IMG/VR virus record: IMGVR_UViG_3300012348_000120 | From: a virus | Taxonomy: Duplodnaviria; Heunggongvirae; Uroviricota; Caudoviricetes | Reading direction: 5' to 3' (one strand) | Length of the DNA: 64,000 nucleotides | Shown here: in pieces, positions 17,745 through 27,525 of the stretch | Numbering within the stretch: the first letter of the stretch is position 1 | Layout of the letters: every line of letters begins with the position of its first letter | Translations under genes and position numbers: made by a program | The notes under the pieces: model-generated | Seen by the model: only the letters and a program-made list of their open reading frames with translations | The model's database searches: none | What the model was told of the DNA's origin: nothing

Positions 17745-17771
17745 ATCCTTAGTTCAAGTATACTACTACAA

Positions 17772-18080
17772 TCATTCGCCTAAGTCAAGGACTTTATTAG
17801 GTTTTTTTACAGCTTTTATTCTGTCTTCCATCGTCAGTGGCGGTTGTGGGTCAACACTCCAATGTGGACTTCCCCATCGCCTTCTTTGGTTTTCTTTGTG
17901 AGTTTCTTCTTTACTTAGGTATTCACCAGACCAACTATCTATCACATCGGCCATTTCATATAGGGCTGAAACAACACTCTGATTGTCACCCCATGGACTC
18001 TCCCTTGCATTATGCTCACTCAAAAACTTGGCGCGGTCACGAAATGCATCTGCTAAACTTTTCATTACTTTTCCTTCCAT
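17772..18080 (-). CDS. hypothetical protein
   Basis: 102-aa ORF. Confidence 0.45.
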   Translation of the reverse strand: MEGKVMKSLADAFRDRAKFLSEHNARESPWGDNQSVVSALYEMADVIDSWSGEYLSKEETHKENQRRRWGSPHWSVDPQPPLTMEDRIKAVKKPNKVLDLGE

Positions 18081-18289
18081 ACAAATGAGAAATATACAGC
18101 ATCTTCTTCATCATCAAAGAAGAAAGTCCCTGCTATATCATGAAATGGGGATGCGTCAGAAATATCCAATACGTCATAGTAGGTATAACTTGGACAATGA
18201 TCTACCGCCCAATTATGTAGTTCGCTGTAGTATCGTGATGCATCATGCCAAGGTTCAACATCATATATTATAATTTTGTTCATAACCAA
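18065..18289 (-). CDS. hypothetical protein
   Basis: 74-aa ORF, coupled. Confidence 0.45.
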   Translation of the reverse strand: MVMNKIIIYDVEPWHDASRYYSELHNWAVDHCPSYTYYDVLDISDASPFHDIAGTFFFDDEEDAVYFSFVWKEK

Positions 18290-18525
18290 GTAAACAAAAA
18301 CTGACTGCGTTCTTCTTCGGTGTCAAAGTAAAAATGATTGCCCCATGGCCACCCAACATTCTGATTGCACCACTCATGTGCATTTTTCATTAGTTCATCG
18401 TCTTCGTCGGTTTCTTTTGACATATGGACACCAAATCGTTCGGGACTTGGTTGCATTACCCATTCGTCTTCTTCAATCTCAAACGGCTGTAAGGTTGATT
18501 CTTGATAAAAAAGACGTATTTTCAT
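18280..18525 (-). CDS. hypothetical acidic protein
   Basis: 81-aa ORF. Confidence 0.45.
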   Translation of the reverse strand: MKIRLFYQESTLQPFEIEEDEWVMQPSPERFGVHMSKETDEDDELMKNAHEWCNQNVGWPWGNHFYFDTEEERSQFLFTWL

Positions 18526-18526
18526 T

Positions 18527-18919
18527 TTATCCGTTTACCATACCAAACCATACGGCATCAGCTTCATATGCGAACACGAAGTGGTTATTCAACTGAATAT
18601 ATGCCCCAGGTTTTAGGTTTTTTTCACACCATAACATTGCATCTTTATACTTCAATGCAGGTATTTTCACACGAGTATACTTGTATTTTTCAACAATCTC
18701 TGAAAACCTATGAAACTTCTTACGGTTTGGCAACCGAACAAAATGCTGATAGTGAACTTTCTGCATAATAACCGACCCTTTTTCATAAATCATTGCATCA
18801 ATATAGTTGTCGGACGACATGTTTTGAACGCCAATAATATCATTTGCAATGATATTTGGCATAACTCGTCTTATGAGCGGCAGTAATACCTTGGCTGTGT
18901 TTGTATCTAACTCATTCAA
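18527..18919 (-). CDS. hypothetical protein
   Basis: 130-aa ORF. Confidence 0.5.
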   Translation of the reverse strand: MNELDTNTAKVLLPLIRRVMPNIIANDIIGVQNMSSDNYIDAMIYEKGSVIMQKVHYQHFVRLPNRKKFHRFSEIVEKYKYTRVKIPALKYKDAMLWCEKNLKPGAYIQLNNHFVFAYEADAVWFGMVNG

Positions 18920-19166
18920 ACTGATAATCCACTTCTTTTAGCATTTCTGCGATTCTGACCAAGTTATTTGCCCATGATCCAGTGATTGTAATATAGTTCA
19001 ACTCTCCAGTTTCGTCAAGAACTTTCTCATATTCAAAGTTGAAATCTATTTCGTCTTCCATCAGCAACTTGATAAACTTGCGAACTTGTGACACATCACG
19101 AAAATGAAACTCAAGTTCCCAAGTGCAGATACTTGCTCTGCCATTCACTACTGGCTTGTATGTCAA
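18912..19166 (-). CDS. hypothetical protein
   Basis: 84-aa ORF. Confidence 0.45.
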   Translation of the reverse strand: MTYKPVVNGRASICTWELEFHFRDVSQVRKFIKLLMEDEIDFNFEYEKVLDETGELNYITITGSWANNLVRIAEMLKEVDYQFE

Positions 19167-19738
19167 AATCCATGATCCTTTTTGTATTGAGTAAGCCAGT
19201 TTACTGCTCTTACTCGTTCTCTATCCCATCGTGGAATATGTTCTTCATATCCAACATAATATGGCCAAGTTGTGGGCTTCACATACGACTGTGGTGCTGA
19301 CAACTTTTCAATGGCTTCATCAATAGTTACGTTTCCACCAGAACCAAATACTCCCTGAATCTTTGCCGCTTCATGTTTCCCAAGTCCCTCAAGGGTAGAA
19401 ATACCAAGGGCGGTTTCCGCCCAACATTTCATACAGGATGCAGCAACACAGGTGCAATCACCCATATGAGAATATTGAAGTTCACTTACAAGTGCGGCTA
19501 CTCTTGAATCATCTTCATCCATATCACAGATTCTTGCCCACGCCGAAACTCGTCGTAGAATGTCTTTGTTAGATAGTGGGGGTTTGTTTTGATTGATGTG
19601 TTCTTCAAGTGTTAGAGACAGATCACAAAGAATCTCAACATAATCCTCGTTTTGAAGATACATACAAATACGTTGACGATCCCGTTCATCAACATCAACT
19701 GTTGTGAGTAGTGGGTTTTGATGCCAGTTTATTTTCAT
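19163..19738 (-). CDS. hypothetical Cys-containing protein
   Basis: 191-aa ORF. Confidence 0.5.
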   Translation of the reverse strand: MKINWHQNPLLTTVDVDERDRQRICMYLQNEDYVEILCDLSLTLEEHINQNKPPLSNKDILRRVSAWARICDMDEDDSRVAALVSELQYSHMGDCTCVAASCMKCWAETALGISTLEGLGKHEAAKIQGVFGSGGNVTIDEAIEKLSAPQSYVKPTTWPYYVGYEEHIPRWDRERVRAVNWLTQYKKDHGF

Positions 19739-20157
19739 TCGTATTTCGTGCTTTCTCGCTTACTTGCAAGATTGTGGTTCTTACAATCTTCCAAGAATAC
19801 ATTCAGATTTTCGCTTGTGCGACTTACTTTATAGCAGAACGTCCCACCAAAATAAACAAGGTATTCTTGTGTATTTCTGCATTCCAACACAATAGTATAA
19901 GCAGTTGTTATAGCAGCACCACCCATCCCACCATGTCCAAGTGCAGTGCTCCCCCAAGTTTGAGTAAACATAGTGTAAACCCAAAAGTCACGACCCGTGG
20001 GTCTGCGGGTTGCAGTAATTCTCACATCATCTTTACCAGAACTGTCGCGGTATGCTTTCCAGTCTCGCGTTTCATATTCAATGTCACTAAACCCCTCGTA
20101 TTGAGCATGTGCCATGGCTTCGTGCAAGTCGTGTAGTGGATTTTCTGCATACATCAT
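19735..20157 (-). CDS. hypothetical protein
   Basis: 140-aa ORF. Confidence 0.5.
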   Translation of the reverse strand: MMYAENPLHDLHEAMAHAQYEGFSDIEYETRDWKAYRDSSGKDDVRITATRRPTGRDFWVYTMFTQTWGSTALGHGGMGGAAITTAYTIVLECRNTQEYLVYFGGTFCYKVSRTSENLNVFLEDCKNHNLASKRESTKYE

Positions 20158-20435
20158 TTGGTCCTCACAATATATCTGCCTACTTGCTTGATCTTCATTT
20201 TCTTTTTCAGGCGGCGCATATGCTTTCCTCTGATTTGAAGAAGATGTTTCCCGTTGATACGAATACCATCAGGAAAGATTTCAAGCCTTTCTTCAACTTT
20301 GTTTTTTAGTTCGCGGGTTGAATACCAATGTTGGATTCCTTTTGGTTGGTCAATAACCGCCTTGCCATTACGAAGGATGCGACCCTTTACGTATCCAAGC
20401 TCGATAAGTCGGCGCTTTTTATCATTCGTCATCAT
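20154..20435 (-). CDS. hypothetical basic protein
   Basis: 93-aa ORF. Confidence 0.45.
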   Translation of the reverse strand: MMTNDKKRRLIELGYVKGRILRNGKAVIDQPKGIQHWYSTRELKNKVEERLEIFPDGIRINGKHLLQIRGKHMRRLKKKMKIKQVGRYIVRTK

Positions 20436-20743
20436 TTCTTGATACTTCCTCCAATCAAGTATGAAACTGCCCAGAACAACGCAGTTGAGCCGTTTTCAGT
20501 CTCATAATGCACATCCAGCCAGTCAAGAAACTCTGCCAGTTTTTCTTGTGCATCTATTGGCAACGGATTGGTTCCGATTGGAGTTTCAAGTGTATGATAA
20601 ACAACAGGACAAGGATCAGCAAGTTTGCCCCATCCACTTGGTGTATCAGCGGTATCACACTTTTTACATACGTAATCGTAGTGTGAACTATCATGCCATT
20701 CTAAATCATGGCTTGGATGTGCTTGGCTCATTTTCTTCTCCAC
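20432..20743 (-). CDS. hypothetical Cys-rich protein
   Basis: 103-aa ORF. Confidence 0.45.
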   Translation of the reverse strand: MEKKMSQAHPSHDLEWHDSSHYDYVCKKCDTADTPSGWGKLADPCPVVYHTLETPIGTNPLPIDAQEKLAEFLDWLDVHYETENGSTALFWAVSYLIGGSIKK

Positions 20744-20930
20744 AAACAGGGCAATGGTTTTCTCTTACATTGAATGAAGTAAGAAAGGCATTTGACGTTC
20801 CTACATAAGAGCCTTTTGCCCATCGAATAGTTGTATCATAAAGTGCATCGCAACACTTGCAACGCACAAGATTGTGCTGGTTGGAATAAGTCATTTTTTC
20901 TTCGGAAAGCAAGTGCATTTGGGGCCGCAA
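20706..20930 (-). CDS. zinc-ribbon protein (CxxC...CxxC)
   Basis: 74 aa; CKCC...CPVCG. Confidence 0.45.
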   Translation of the reverse strand: MRPQMHLLSEEKMTYSNQHNLVRCKCCDALYDTTIRWAKGSYVGTSNAFLTSFNVRENHCPVCGEENEPSTSKP

Positions 20931-20970
20931 CTACTTCCACGATGTTCAAAGTTGTTTGGACAAATCAGTT

Positions 20971-21195
20971 TCATTTCTTACCCCATGTGGCGATGAAATA
21001 GCTGGCATCATCTTGTGAAGGAAAATCAATAGTGATAGTAGGTGAATTCCCATTGGTGTATTTCATAAACACTTTGATGTTGTGAGTAGCCAACCAACTT
21101 TTTACATCTTGTGTCAAGTTCCACTCTCCTTGTTGTGGACTCGGTTCCACCAAGTTACTATGATCTTTATGATGAAATATAACTTGATGTATCAT
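20971..21195 (-). CDS. hypothetical protein
   Basis: 74-aa ORF. Confidence 0.45.
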   Translation of the reverse strand: MIHQVIFHHKDHSNLVEPSPQQGEWNLTQDVKSWLATHNIKVFMKYTNGNSPTITIDFPSQDDASYFIATWGKK

Positions 21196-21210
21196 TCTAT
21201 AAGAATTCCC

Positions 21211-21357
21211 CGTGTCCCCCAGTTGTTCAGGTCAGAAAGGCGATGAACTTTACGCCAGTCATCAGCATAGTCGCCACCCTCATAGAAAACTTCTGTATCA
21301 GGTGGAAACTTTTTTAGTTCTTCAATGAGTTCTTTGACTGTCATTTTCTTGCTCTTT
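21211..21357 (-). CDS. small hypothetical protein (about 49 aa)
   Basis: not in the ORF track; MTVKELIEELKKFPPDTEVFYEGGDYADDW... Confidence 0.3.
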
Positions 21358-21439
21358 CAGAAGTTCCAGAAGTCGTTCTTCCAATGCTGGCATTCTATAA
21401 CCATGAAATGCTCCAAGCATAATCTCACCTTCAAGATCA

Positions 21440-21679
21440 TCAATCAGTTTGAGTCGTTCTTTCGCTGTCATCTTCAATGCCTTCTTCGTTTATAATTTCC
21501 ATAACACGCATAATGGCGTGACGAGTCATATTACATTCTTGTTTGTAACGATCTATAATCTCGTCCTTGGTCAGTGGAGTATGTCTAAAGCCAACTTCAA
21601 GTGAGTTATACGTTGGGTTCTCCAAGCAACTTGCCCAGAACTCAAGATTTACCAATACGTCACTTACTTTCATTTGCAT
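21440..21679 (-). CDS. hypothetical acidic protein
   Basis: 79-aa ORF. Confidence 0.45.
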   Translation of the reverse strand: MQMKVSDVLVNLEFWASCLENPTYNSLEVGFRHTPLTKDEIIDRYKQECNMTRHAIMRVMEIINEEGIEDDSERTTQTD

Positions 21680-21807
21680 TACCTATATGAATAATGACTT
21701 TTCGCCGTTCTTTTATCAACTCCACAATTCTATGCAAAGACGTTTCATCCTCTATTGTGATGAAACGTCTCATAGAATCTTTGATTTCCGTGTTTATTCG
21801 GCGTAGG

Positions 21808-22182
21808 TCATTCGACACTTTTTGGTTTCCATAACTTGGCGAACTTCAACACATTTGGCAAAGGTTCATCATCTTGATATGGACATACTACCACGCAACT
21901 ATCCCTTCCGTCAAGAGTTTTCTTCTCATGACCAATATAAACACTTGGAAGTGCTGCAATCTTGTCAAACTCTTTTTGACTTACTCGGACCACACATTTC
22001 TTGAATGAGTTTTCAAGCCAGTCAATATATTGCGGATACTTGTATGGACCATCATCTACAATACGAGCAAGGTCAGTATGGCATTTGACAAAATGCAGAT
22101 GAGCACCAAGCATAGAATGAGCGACAAGAGTTGGCGTCATATAGTCTGGAAACTCATCTAATACTGCAATGTAAAGTTTCAT
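21808..22182 (-). CDS. possible PTH2-family peptidyl-tRNA hydrolase-like protein (weak)
   Basis: MKLYIAVLDEF...TPTLVAHSMLGAHLHF resembles the PTH2 N-terminal motif; weaker than CDS 29170..29559. Confidence 0.4.
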   Translation of the reverse strand: MKLYIAVLDEFPDYMTPTLVAHSMLGAHLHFVKCHTDLARIVDDGPYKYPQYIDWLENSFKKCVVRVSQKEFDKIAALPSVYIGHEKKTLDGRDSCVVVCPYQDDEPLPNVLKFAKLWKPKSVE

Positions 22183-22346
22183 TTGTCATCCCATTCTTCC
22201 AAGGTTTCCATAAGTTCATACAAACTCATATCAATAATGTGTTGTCTGAATGCTATTTCTGGAGTATCCCCATAGTAAAGCGATGGAATGTTATGTGGGG
22301 CTTGATGCTTGATCCACCAAGCCTTATAGTTAGTATATGCTTTCAT
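22180..22346 (-). CDS. small hypothetical protein (about 55 aa)
   Basis: not in the ORF track; ATGA-coupled at both ends. Confidence 0.35.
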
Positions 22347-22582
22347 TCTTGAATAAACCCTTGCTGCTTTTGATATTCAATTAAACCCAAGTTGATCAAA
22401 TTTTCAATAAACTTAGGATCAAACTGAGAAGCGGGTTCAACCATATTGATTAGGTTCCATCCATGCCTATGACCACATCGCCCTAAGTAAAGGGCGTAGC
22501 CATCTCCATGTGGTTCAATCGTGTATTTACTTTCACAAGTGCAAGGTTTGAGTAATGCTGTCCATACATCTTCATTGGTCAT
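22343..22582 (-). CDS. hypothetical Cys/His-rich protein
   Basis: 79-aa ORF. Confidence 0.45.
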   Translation of the reverse strand: MTNEDVWTALLKPCTCESKYTIEPHGDGYALYLGRCGHRHGWNLINMVEPASQFDPKFIENLINLGLIEYQKQQGFIQE

Positions 22583-23199
22583 CCGCGATACTCTCCAACG
22601 CCAAGTCCATCTTTCAGCCCCGCACTTCGAGTTCCCGGCCTTACAGGAATTACTGTGAGGTTAATCCAGCTTTCAATTCCAACACCATCATGTGCGTCTT
22701 CAACCCTGATATGAAGTGCGTTCTCCCTTGCCCATCTCGCAAGTTCGTCCCAAATATCTTGGTGTGCAGCTTTACCTTTCACTGCATCTTGAACCCATTT
22801 CTTTCGGTCATAATCCTTGATCTTAATCAAGGGAACTTTTCCTTCAACGATTGATGCGGTCAACGTAACAATCGTGTCATCTTTCAGACGCGATAGTTTG
22901 ATACGTTCTTGACGAATCTTTTCACGATCCGCATTCGCTTGTTGTTCAAGACCTTTGATTTTTGCTTGTTCAAGTTCATCAAGGGTAGCAGCCAGTTTTT
23001 GGCCAAGAGTTTCACTTTGCATATTCTTATCTCCGCGATTCAAGTAAATGAGAGTTTTTACCAAGTCGGGGTTTGGAACACATTCCCCTTTGTTATGCCC
23101 CATCATAGACGATGCCTTTCCGCAAGTCAAGCAGAAATATCCATGAGCAAGACCGTTTGGGCGAATGTGTTCCATATTAGTTACTCCATAGTCGGACAA
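22579..23199 (-). CDS. hypothetical protein with N-terminal zinc-finger-like motif and coiled coil
   Basis: 206-aa ORF; CLTCGK...HNKGEC. Confidence 0.5.
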   Translation of the reverse strand: MSDYGVTNMEHIRPNGLAHGYFCLTCGKASSMMGHNKGECVPNPDLVKTLIYLNRGDKNMQSETLGQKLAATLDELEQAKIKGLEQQANADREKIRQERIKLSRLKDDTIVTLTASIVEGKVPLIKIKDYDRKKWVQDAVKGKAAHQDIWDELARWARENALHIRVEDAHDGVGIESWINLTVIPVRPGTRSAGLKDGLGVGEYRG

Positions 23200-24230
23200 A
23201 GGTTACGTAGTTGTGGGGCTTCAGTGAAGCCATAACGGTTCATAATGTTCTGTGCCTCTTGGACAGTGCCGCGATGATAGTAGCCACCAGCTACCGATTG
23301 CTCAGTCATAACAACAGGAACCATACCATACGGCAGTTCTACAAACTCTGCGGTCACACCGTCAAACTTGTTTTGTGGAATAACCCATACTGCTACAGCT
23401 TCTTCATCGCCATCCCAAGGATTATCAATGGTGAAAGCAACATAGTAGCAATCTTCTGGATTCAGTTCTGGTTCTTTGACAACAAGACTTTCTTTTTCTT
23501 TTTCATCACTTTCGATTTTGTTTGCCAACGCATCAAGAAAATCATCAAGAGAGAGGTTCATAAAGTCGTCAGAGAACTCAACACCAGTGTCTTTTTCTGT
23601 AACTTCATCTGCAAGTTCCATCAAAAGTTTGAATGGTTCTGAGCCTTCAGCAAACTCGTCATTATCTTCATTGCACTTATCCATATAGTCTTGGATCATT
23701 TTAGAAAAATCGGAATTTTCAACCAGACCAAGAGCAAGAAGCGCGGCCTTAGCTTCCTCTACCGTGCCATCATACACAAACTGCCCTTCCATGACTTCAT
23801 CAAATCCATCAGGAAGATCAATTCCACTGTGCTGATCATACATGTGTCCAGTTTGCTTGAAATAGTCAATCGGCGTGATAGAAACCGATGTTACAAGATC
23901 ATCATCGTCATCACCGAAAATGTCGGGTGCTTCATGTGCATAAAAGCAGTAACCACTTGGATTGGTTGGCGGTTGATACGTTGCCGTGTTATCATCCTCA
24001 TCTTCATCATCTTCATACGGATGATAGTGTTCGGAAATCTCAAAATCCGCATTATCATGAAGTTCCAAGTCTTCTTCGCGCCAGCCGATGTCTTCATTTA
24101 GGTCAGACAACTTGTCAATACGTGCCTGACGTGCAGCCGCAGTCGAAAACACTTCAATCGGAGAATAGAAGATATTGCAATCTTCACGGCTTCCATGGTC
24201 AACATCATAGATGAGAACGTATACGGTCAT
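23181..24230 (-). CDS. highly acidic protein (Asp/Glu-rich); candidate DNA mimic or internal protein
   Basis: 349 aa with long D/E runs (EDDEDEDD, GDDDDDL). Confidence 0.5.
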   Translation of the reverse strand: MTVYVLIYDVDHGSREDCNIFYSPIEVFSTAAARQARIDKLSDLNEDIGWREEDLELHDNADFEISEHYHPYEDDEDEDDNTATYQPPTNPSGYCFYAHEAPDIFGDDDDDLVTSVSITPIDYFKQTGHMYDQHSGIDLPDGFDEVMEGQFVYDGTVEEAKAALLALGLVENSDFSKMIQDYMDKCNEDNDEFAEGSEPFKLLMELADEVTEKDTGVEFSDDFMNLSLDDFLDALANKIESDEKEKESLVVKEPELNPEDCYYVAFTIDNPWDGDEEAVAVWVIPQNKFDGVTAEFVELPYGMVPVVMTEQSVAGGYYHRGTVQEAQNIMNRYGFTEAPQLRNLCPTME

Positions 24231-24496
24231 TTAGTTTCGCTTTCCATTACAAAAAAAGTGGGTTCGTAGTCAAGTTCAAATACAAAGTATCGTTTATTTC
24301 CTGATTCGTCAATAGCCAAAATGCGTTCATCCGAATCTTTCATCCATTCCCAACCATCGCGGTGACTATACAGATACTTGCAAAAGTTGGTAATATCCCA
24401 ATCAATCATCAAATCGGAAGAATCGATGACGTGAGTTGGTTCCAACTCACCATTGAAATCTTTATATTCTTGTTCTAAGAACAACTGATACTTCAT
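24227..24496 (-). CDS. hypothetical acidic protein
   Basis: 89-aa ORF. Confidence 0.45.
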   Translation of the reverse strand: MKYQLFLEQEYKDFNGELEPTHVIDSSDLMIDWDITNFCKYLYSHRDGWEWMKDSDERILAIDESGNKRYFVFELDYEPTFFVMESETK

Positions 24497-25206
24497 TAGT
24501 AGTCTCGCTTTCCATATGTGAAACGTTTCACTGACCCAGTGATACTTGCATCGTCAACAAGCAACTCATGAGAAAGAGTTGCGGCCAAAGTAGGCCAATC
24601 TTCAGCAAACATTTTGCAATCATAGCTAAATGTGTTATTATTGCCGCCACCACCTGTTCCAATGTGAATACCAGTTTTACGCATTACGTCAGAACCAAAG
24701 CCAAGATCATGACTGACCTGATACGAGATGCGTCCTTGCCAACCAGGGTAAGAACGAGGAATGCCCTCTTTATCCTTGCTACCACACCAGTTGGTTTTCT
24801 TTCCACGCGGTGCAGAATGTGAGTTGGAAATTTGTTGGTTGTAGGTCAAGTCCAAATAATGGATTTTGATCCAGAATTCGGAACGAATATGAGCACGACG
24901 ATTTGACCACCCACTGTGGCCAAACTCAATCATATTGTCAAAAAAGAATTCTGGATTGGTTTCAATCCAATCAATAATGTCTTTGAATGTCGGTTGATTG
25001 TAGAACGTAGCAAACTTACGGTCTAAGATGTTGCGCCGCGCCCGCTTATGCATACGATTTTCGCGAAGGTCTTTCAAATGTTTCAAATATGCTTTTTTTG
25101 TGGAAAACAAATCGTTTGTCCAAGGGCATTGGTAAACCTTTGCAATCTTTGCTTCACTCACTGGAATAATCTTTCCGTTTGCTTTGTATGCTTGAATCGC
25201 GGGCAT
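24496..25206 (-). CDS. hypothetical protein
   Basis: 236-aa ORF. Confidence 0.5.
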   Translation of the reverse strand: MPAIQAYKANGKIIPVSEAKIAKVYQCPWTNDLFSTKKAYLKHLKDLRENRMHKRARRNILDRKFATFYNQPTFKDIIDWIETNPEFFFDNMIEFGHSGWSNRRAHIRSEFWIKIHYLDLTYNQQISNSHSAPRGKKTNWCGSKDKEGIPRSYPGWQGRISYQVSHDLGFGSDVMRKTGIHIGTGGGGNNNTFSYDCKMFAEDWPTLAATLSHELLVDDASITGSVKRFTYGKRDY

Positions 25207-25259
25207 TTTAGTTTCCTATTGTTTCTTCAAAACAGTTATGCCACAAAATGGCATAACTG

Positions 25260-25601
25260 TCAAGAACCTTTTTTCTTGTCCCAATAGTCTTTTGGAACGT
25301 TTGTCCAGTAAGTCGACCAATAGAACACAATGAAATACAGGTTCAGTTGAGCATGTGGACAATCATGCCAAAATTTATGAAACCCGAAGTTCTCAGAACC
25401 CCAAATTTTTCGCATCCAAGAGTCGCCTTTGAACTCTCGCATCGCTTTACGCATTTCTTTGTCAACGAGTCCGACCTTGAAATAGTAGGCATACCAATCA
25501 GACCCAAGAGTCTTTTCGGTTTGATACCATTCAATACCAAGTTCGCCCTTCCAACAAAGTTTGAACTTCCAAGGATATTGTTTTACTTTTTCCATTGTCA
25601 T
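25260..25601 (-). CDS. hypothetical Trp-rich protein
   Basis: 113-aa ORF. Confidence 0.45.
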   Translation of the reverse strand: MTMEKVKQYPWKFKLCWKGELGIEWYQTEKTLGSDWYAYYFKVGLVDKEMRKAMREFKGDSWMRKIWGSENFGFHKFWHDCPHAQLNLYFIVFYWSTYWTNVPKDYWDKKKGS

Positions 25602-25607
25602 TTACTA

Positions 25608-25796
25608 CTATCCAAGTTTCTCTGCCCAAAACTCCGCATATGCTCGGTCAGGAGACGCCCATGATTTATGACCCGGCTGTTTCCTGATCCACGATTCTAC
25701 TTCTTTTCGCATCTGTAATTCAAAATCTGATTTGACTGGCTTTGCATAGATTCTCCAATACTCATCCATCACAGTATCATTATACTTGTCACTCAT
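25608..25796 (-). CDS. hypothetical protein
   Basis: 62-aa ORF. Confidence 0.4.
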   Translation of the reverse strand: MSDKYNDTVMDEYWRIYAKPVKSDFELQMRKEVESWIRKQPGHKSWASPDRAYAEFWAEKLG

Positions 25797-25820
25797 TGTT
25801 TATCCTCTACATATTTCATA

Positions 25821-26870
25821 TCAGTCCCCGCCTTTCAGAAGGAACTGATTGCTGATCGTCTTGAAACTGAAACTTGGGTCTTCGTTGCATTTCCACACAA
25901 GACCCTCGCGAACCTTGTGAACGATGCTTGGACCTTCAGCAAGAGCAAGACCTTCTTCCACATTACGTGGCGCTGGCATTGCCGTTCCGAACACTGGAAC
26001 GTGTTCCAGTTTCAATTGTTTACATACTTCCCGCCGTGCTGTGGGACCAACGTATAGATGGCTGAACATATTGAACACGTCAAACACAAAGAACTGATGT
26101 TCTTTGAACCCTTCACGGTTTCCCTGAATGCCCGGACCCATAAATTCACCTTGGAAAGCAAACCCATCGGGAATGCTGTCACCAATCTTGAGGGCCATAG
26201 CAACAAGAGTATTGTCTTTGTTTTCTTCGTTGATTTTCAGTTCAAGGTTCCGACTGCAAACACGAAGTTCACCTTCCCAACGGAAGATAGTGCAACTGGT
26301 TCCATCCAGTTTCATTGTTACTTCGTAAGTAACATCACCTTTGTCCTGAATCTCTTGGAAACAGTTCTGAATGCGTTCCTGATCAGTTTTAGGAATCAGG
26401 CTGGTGGGAAACAGACCACGAACTTGACCAGCAAGTTGAGCAGGGATTTCTGGTTCCCACTTTTGGATGTTGAGAGCATCAGTTACGTCATCGTCCAGTG
26501 AAACTTGTCGATGGAACCCAATCCCATCTTCATGCTTGAAAGCCAGAATACATGGGAACTTGTCGCGGTCACCGTGCCATTCTACAGGAAGCAGTAGCCC
26601 CTGAGAAACTTGACCACGCAGTTTGACTGTCCGAAGACGTTCACCTTTCACCCCATTGTATTCACGGGGTTCTTGTCCTTTTGACAGGAACGCAGCAAGT
26701 TCAGTTGGCACCCAAGAGTCAATTTCAAGGTAAACGGCAAGGTCACCAACTTGAAACTCGTCTTTCTTGACCACAACTTTCCAGCCATCAACTGTGGCCA
26801 CGACAATAGCATCAGCACCTTCAATGGGCTGAATGTCGGAAATCCGACGAATAGAGGCAAGTTTACGCAT
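25821..26870 (-). CDS. ATP-dependent RNA ligase, DraRnl/Rnl5-like (N-terminal OB-like domain plus nucleotidyltransferase domain)
   Basis: motif I KLDGTS (Lys about 187), motif III FQGEFMGPG, motif IV EGLVWK, motif V SFKTISNQFLLK; start trimmed to MRKLASIRR after gggagaaaaaata. Confidence 0.8.
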   Translation of the reverse strand: MRKLASIRRISDIQPIEGADAIVVATVDGWKVVVKKDEFQVGDLAVYLEIDSWVPTELAAFLSKGQEPREYNGVKGERLRTVKLRGQVSQGLLLPVEWHGDRDKFPCILAFKHEDGIGFHRQVSLDDDVTDALNIQKWEPEIPAQLAGQVRGLFPTSLIPKTDQERIQNCFQEIQDKGDVTYEVTMKLDGTSCTIFRWEGELRVCSRNLELKINEENKDNTLVAMALKIGDSIPDGFAFQGEFMGPGIQGNREGFKEHQFFVFDVFNMFSHLYVGPTARREVCKQLKLEHVPVFGTAMPAPRNVEEGLALAEGPSIVHKVREGLVWKCNEDPSFSFKTISNQFLLKGGD

Positions 26871-27229
26871 TATTTTTTCTCCCGAATAAAGGCAGTGAGT
26901 GGAGTTCCGTATCCACATTGTAAGTCCGAATGAAGATTTCCACCGTTGATGGAATCGTTTAGATAGTCACTTTCAGTATAGCCATACCGATCAATACCAT
27001 CGCCAATCCCAACGTATTCACCGTCAGCATCAAAGGCAGAGTATCCGTAACTGTCAAAACCTTCGCTGTCGTAGTCGCCAAACATGGTTTTTTCATCATA
27101 TTCGATTCCATCCTCATACACTTCTTGATTCCAATCGGCAGGAACTTCGCCATAGCAGTTGTATTTGAACATTTCCCATCCGCTTTCATTCGCGTGTGGG
27201 CATAGCGGCGAATATTTTCCAGTGCTCAT
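26870..27229 (-). CDS. acidic Tyr/Gly/Asp-rich protein
   Basis: 119-aa ORF. Confidence 0.45.
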   Translation of the reverse strand: MSTGKYSPLCPHANESGWEMFKYNCYGEVPADWNQEVYEDGIEYDEKTMFGDYDSEGFDSYGYSAFDADGEYVGIGDGIDRYGYTESDYLNDSINGGNLHSDLQCGYGTPLTAFIREKK

Positions 27230-27240
27230 TTGTTACTCCT

Positions 27241-27468
27241 TCAGATTTCGCCGTTCAGACCTACATAGACCGCAATGGTTTTGATGTCATGCTCACGAAA
27301 GCCTTCCATCGCAAGACAGTTGCGAAGATATTTCAACAGTCGTTCTTCGTCCGCTTTGATTTGCGGCATCTGATTTTCAAGCGTGTTCCAAATGGAGAAC
27401 GACTTCCAAGGTTTCAGAAACCCAGAAGTGAAGCTATTGCAGAACGATTCAAAACGACGATAGTCCAT
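27241..27468 (-). CDS. hypothetical protein
   Basis: 75-aa ORF directly after a promoter cassette. Confidence 0.5.
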   Translation of the reverse strand: MDYRRFESFCNSFTSGFLKPWKSFSIWNTLENQMPQIKADEERLLKYLRNCLAMEGFREHDIKTIAVYVGLNGEI

Positions 27469-27483
27469 ATCTTCACCTCTCTT

Positions 27484-27525
27484 GGTTACAGATTATGTAT
27501 ACAGTGATTCGTATGAAATGTCAAG
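27484..27525 (-). promoter_or_regulatory. early promoter plus leader (copy)
   Basis: gene-sense TTGACAtttcatacgaatcacTGTATAcataatctgtaacc. Confidence 0.6.
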
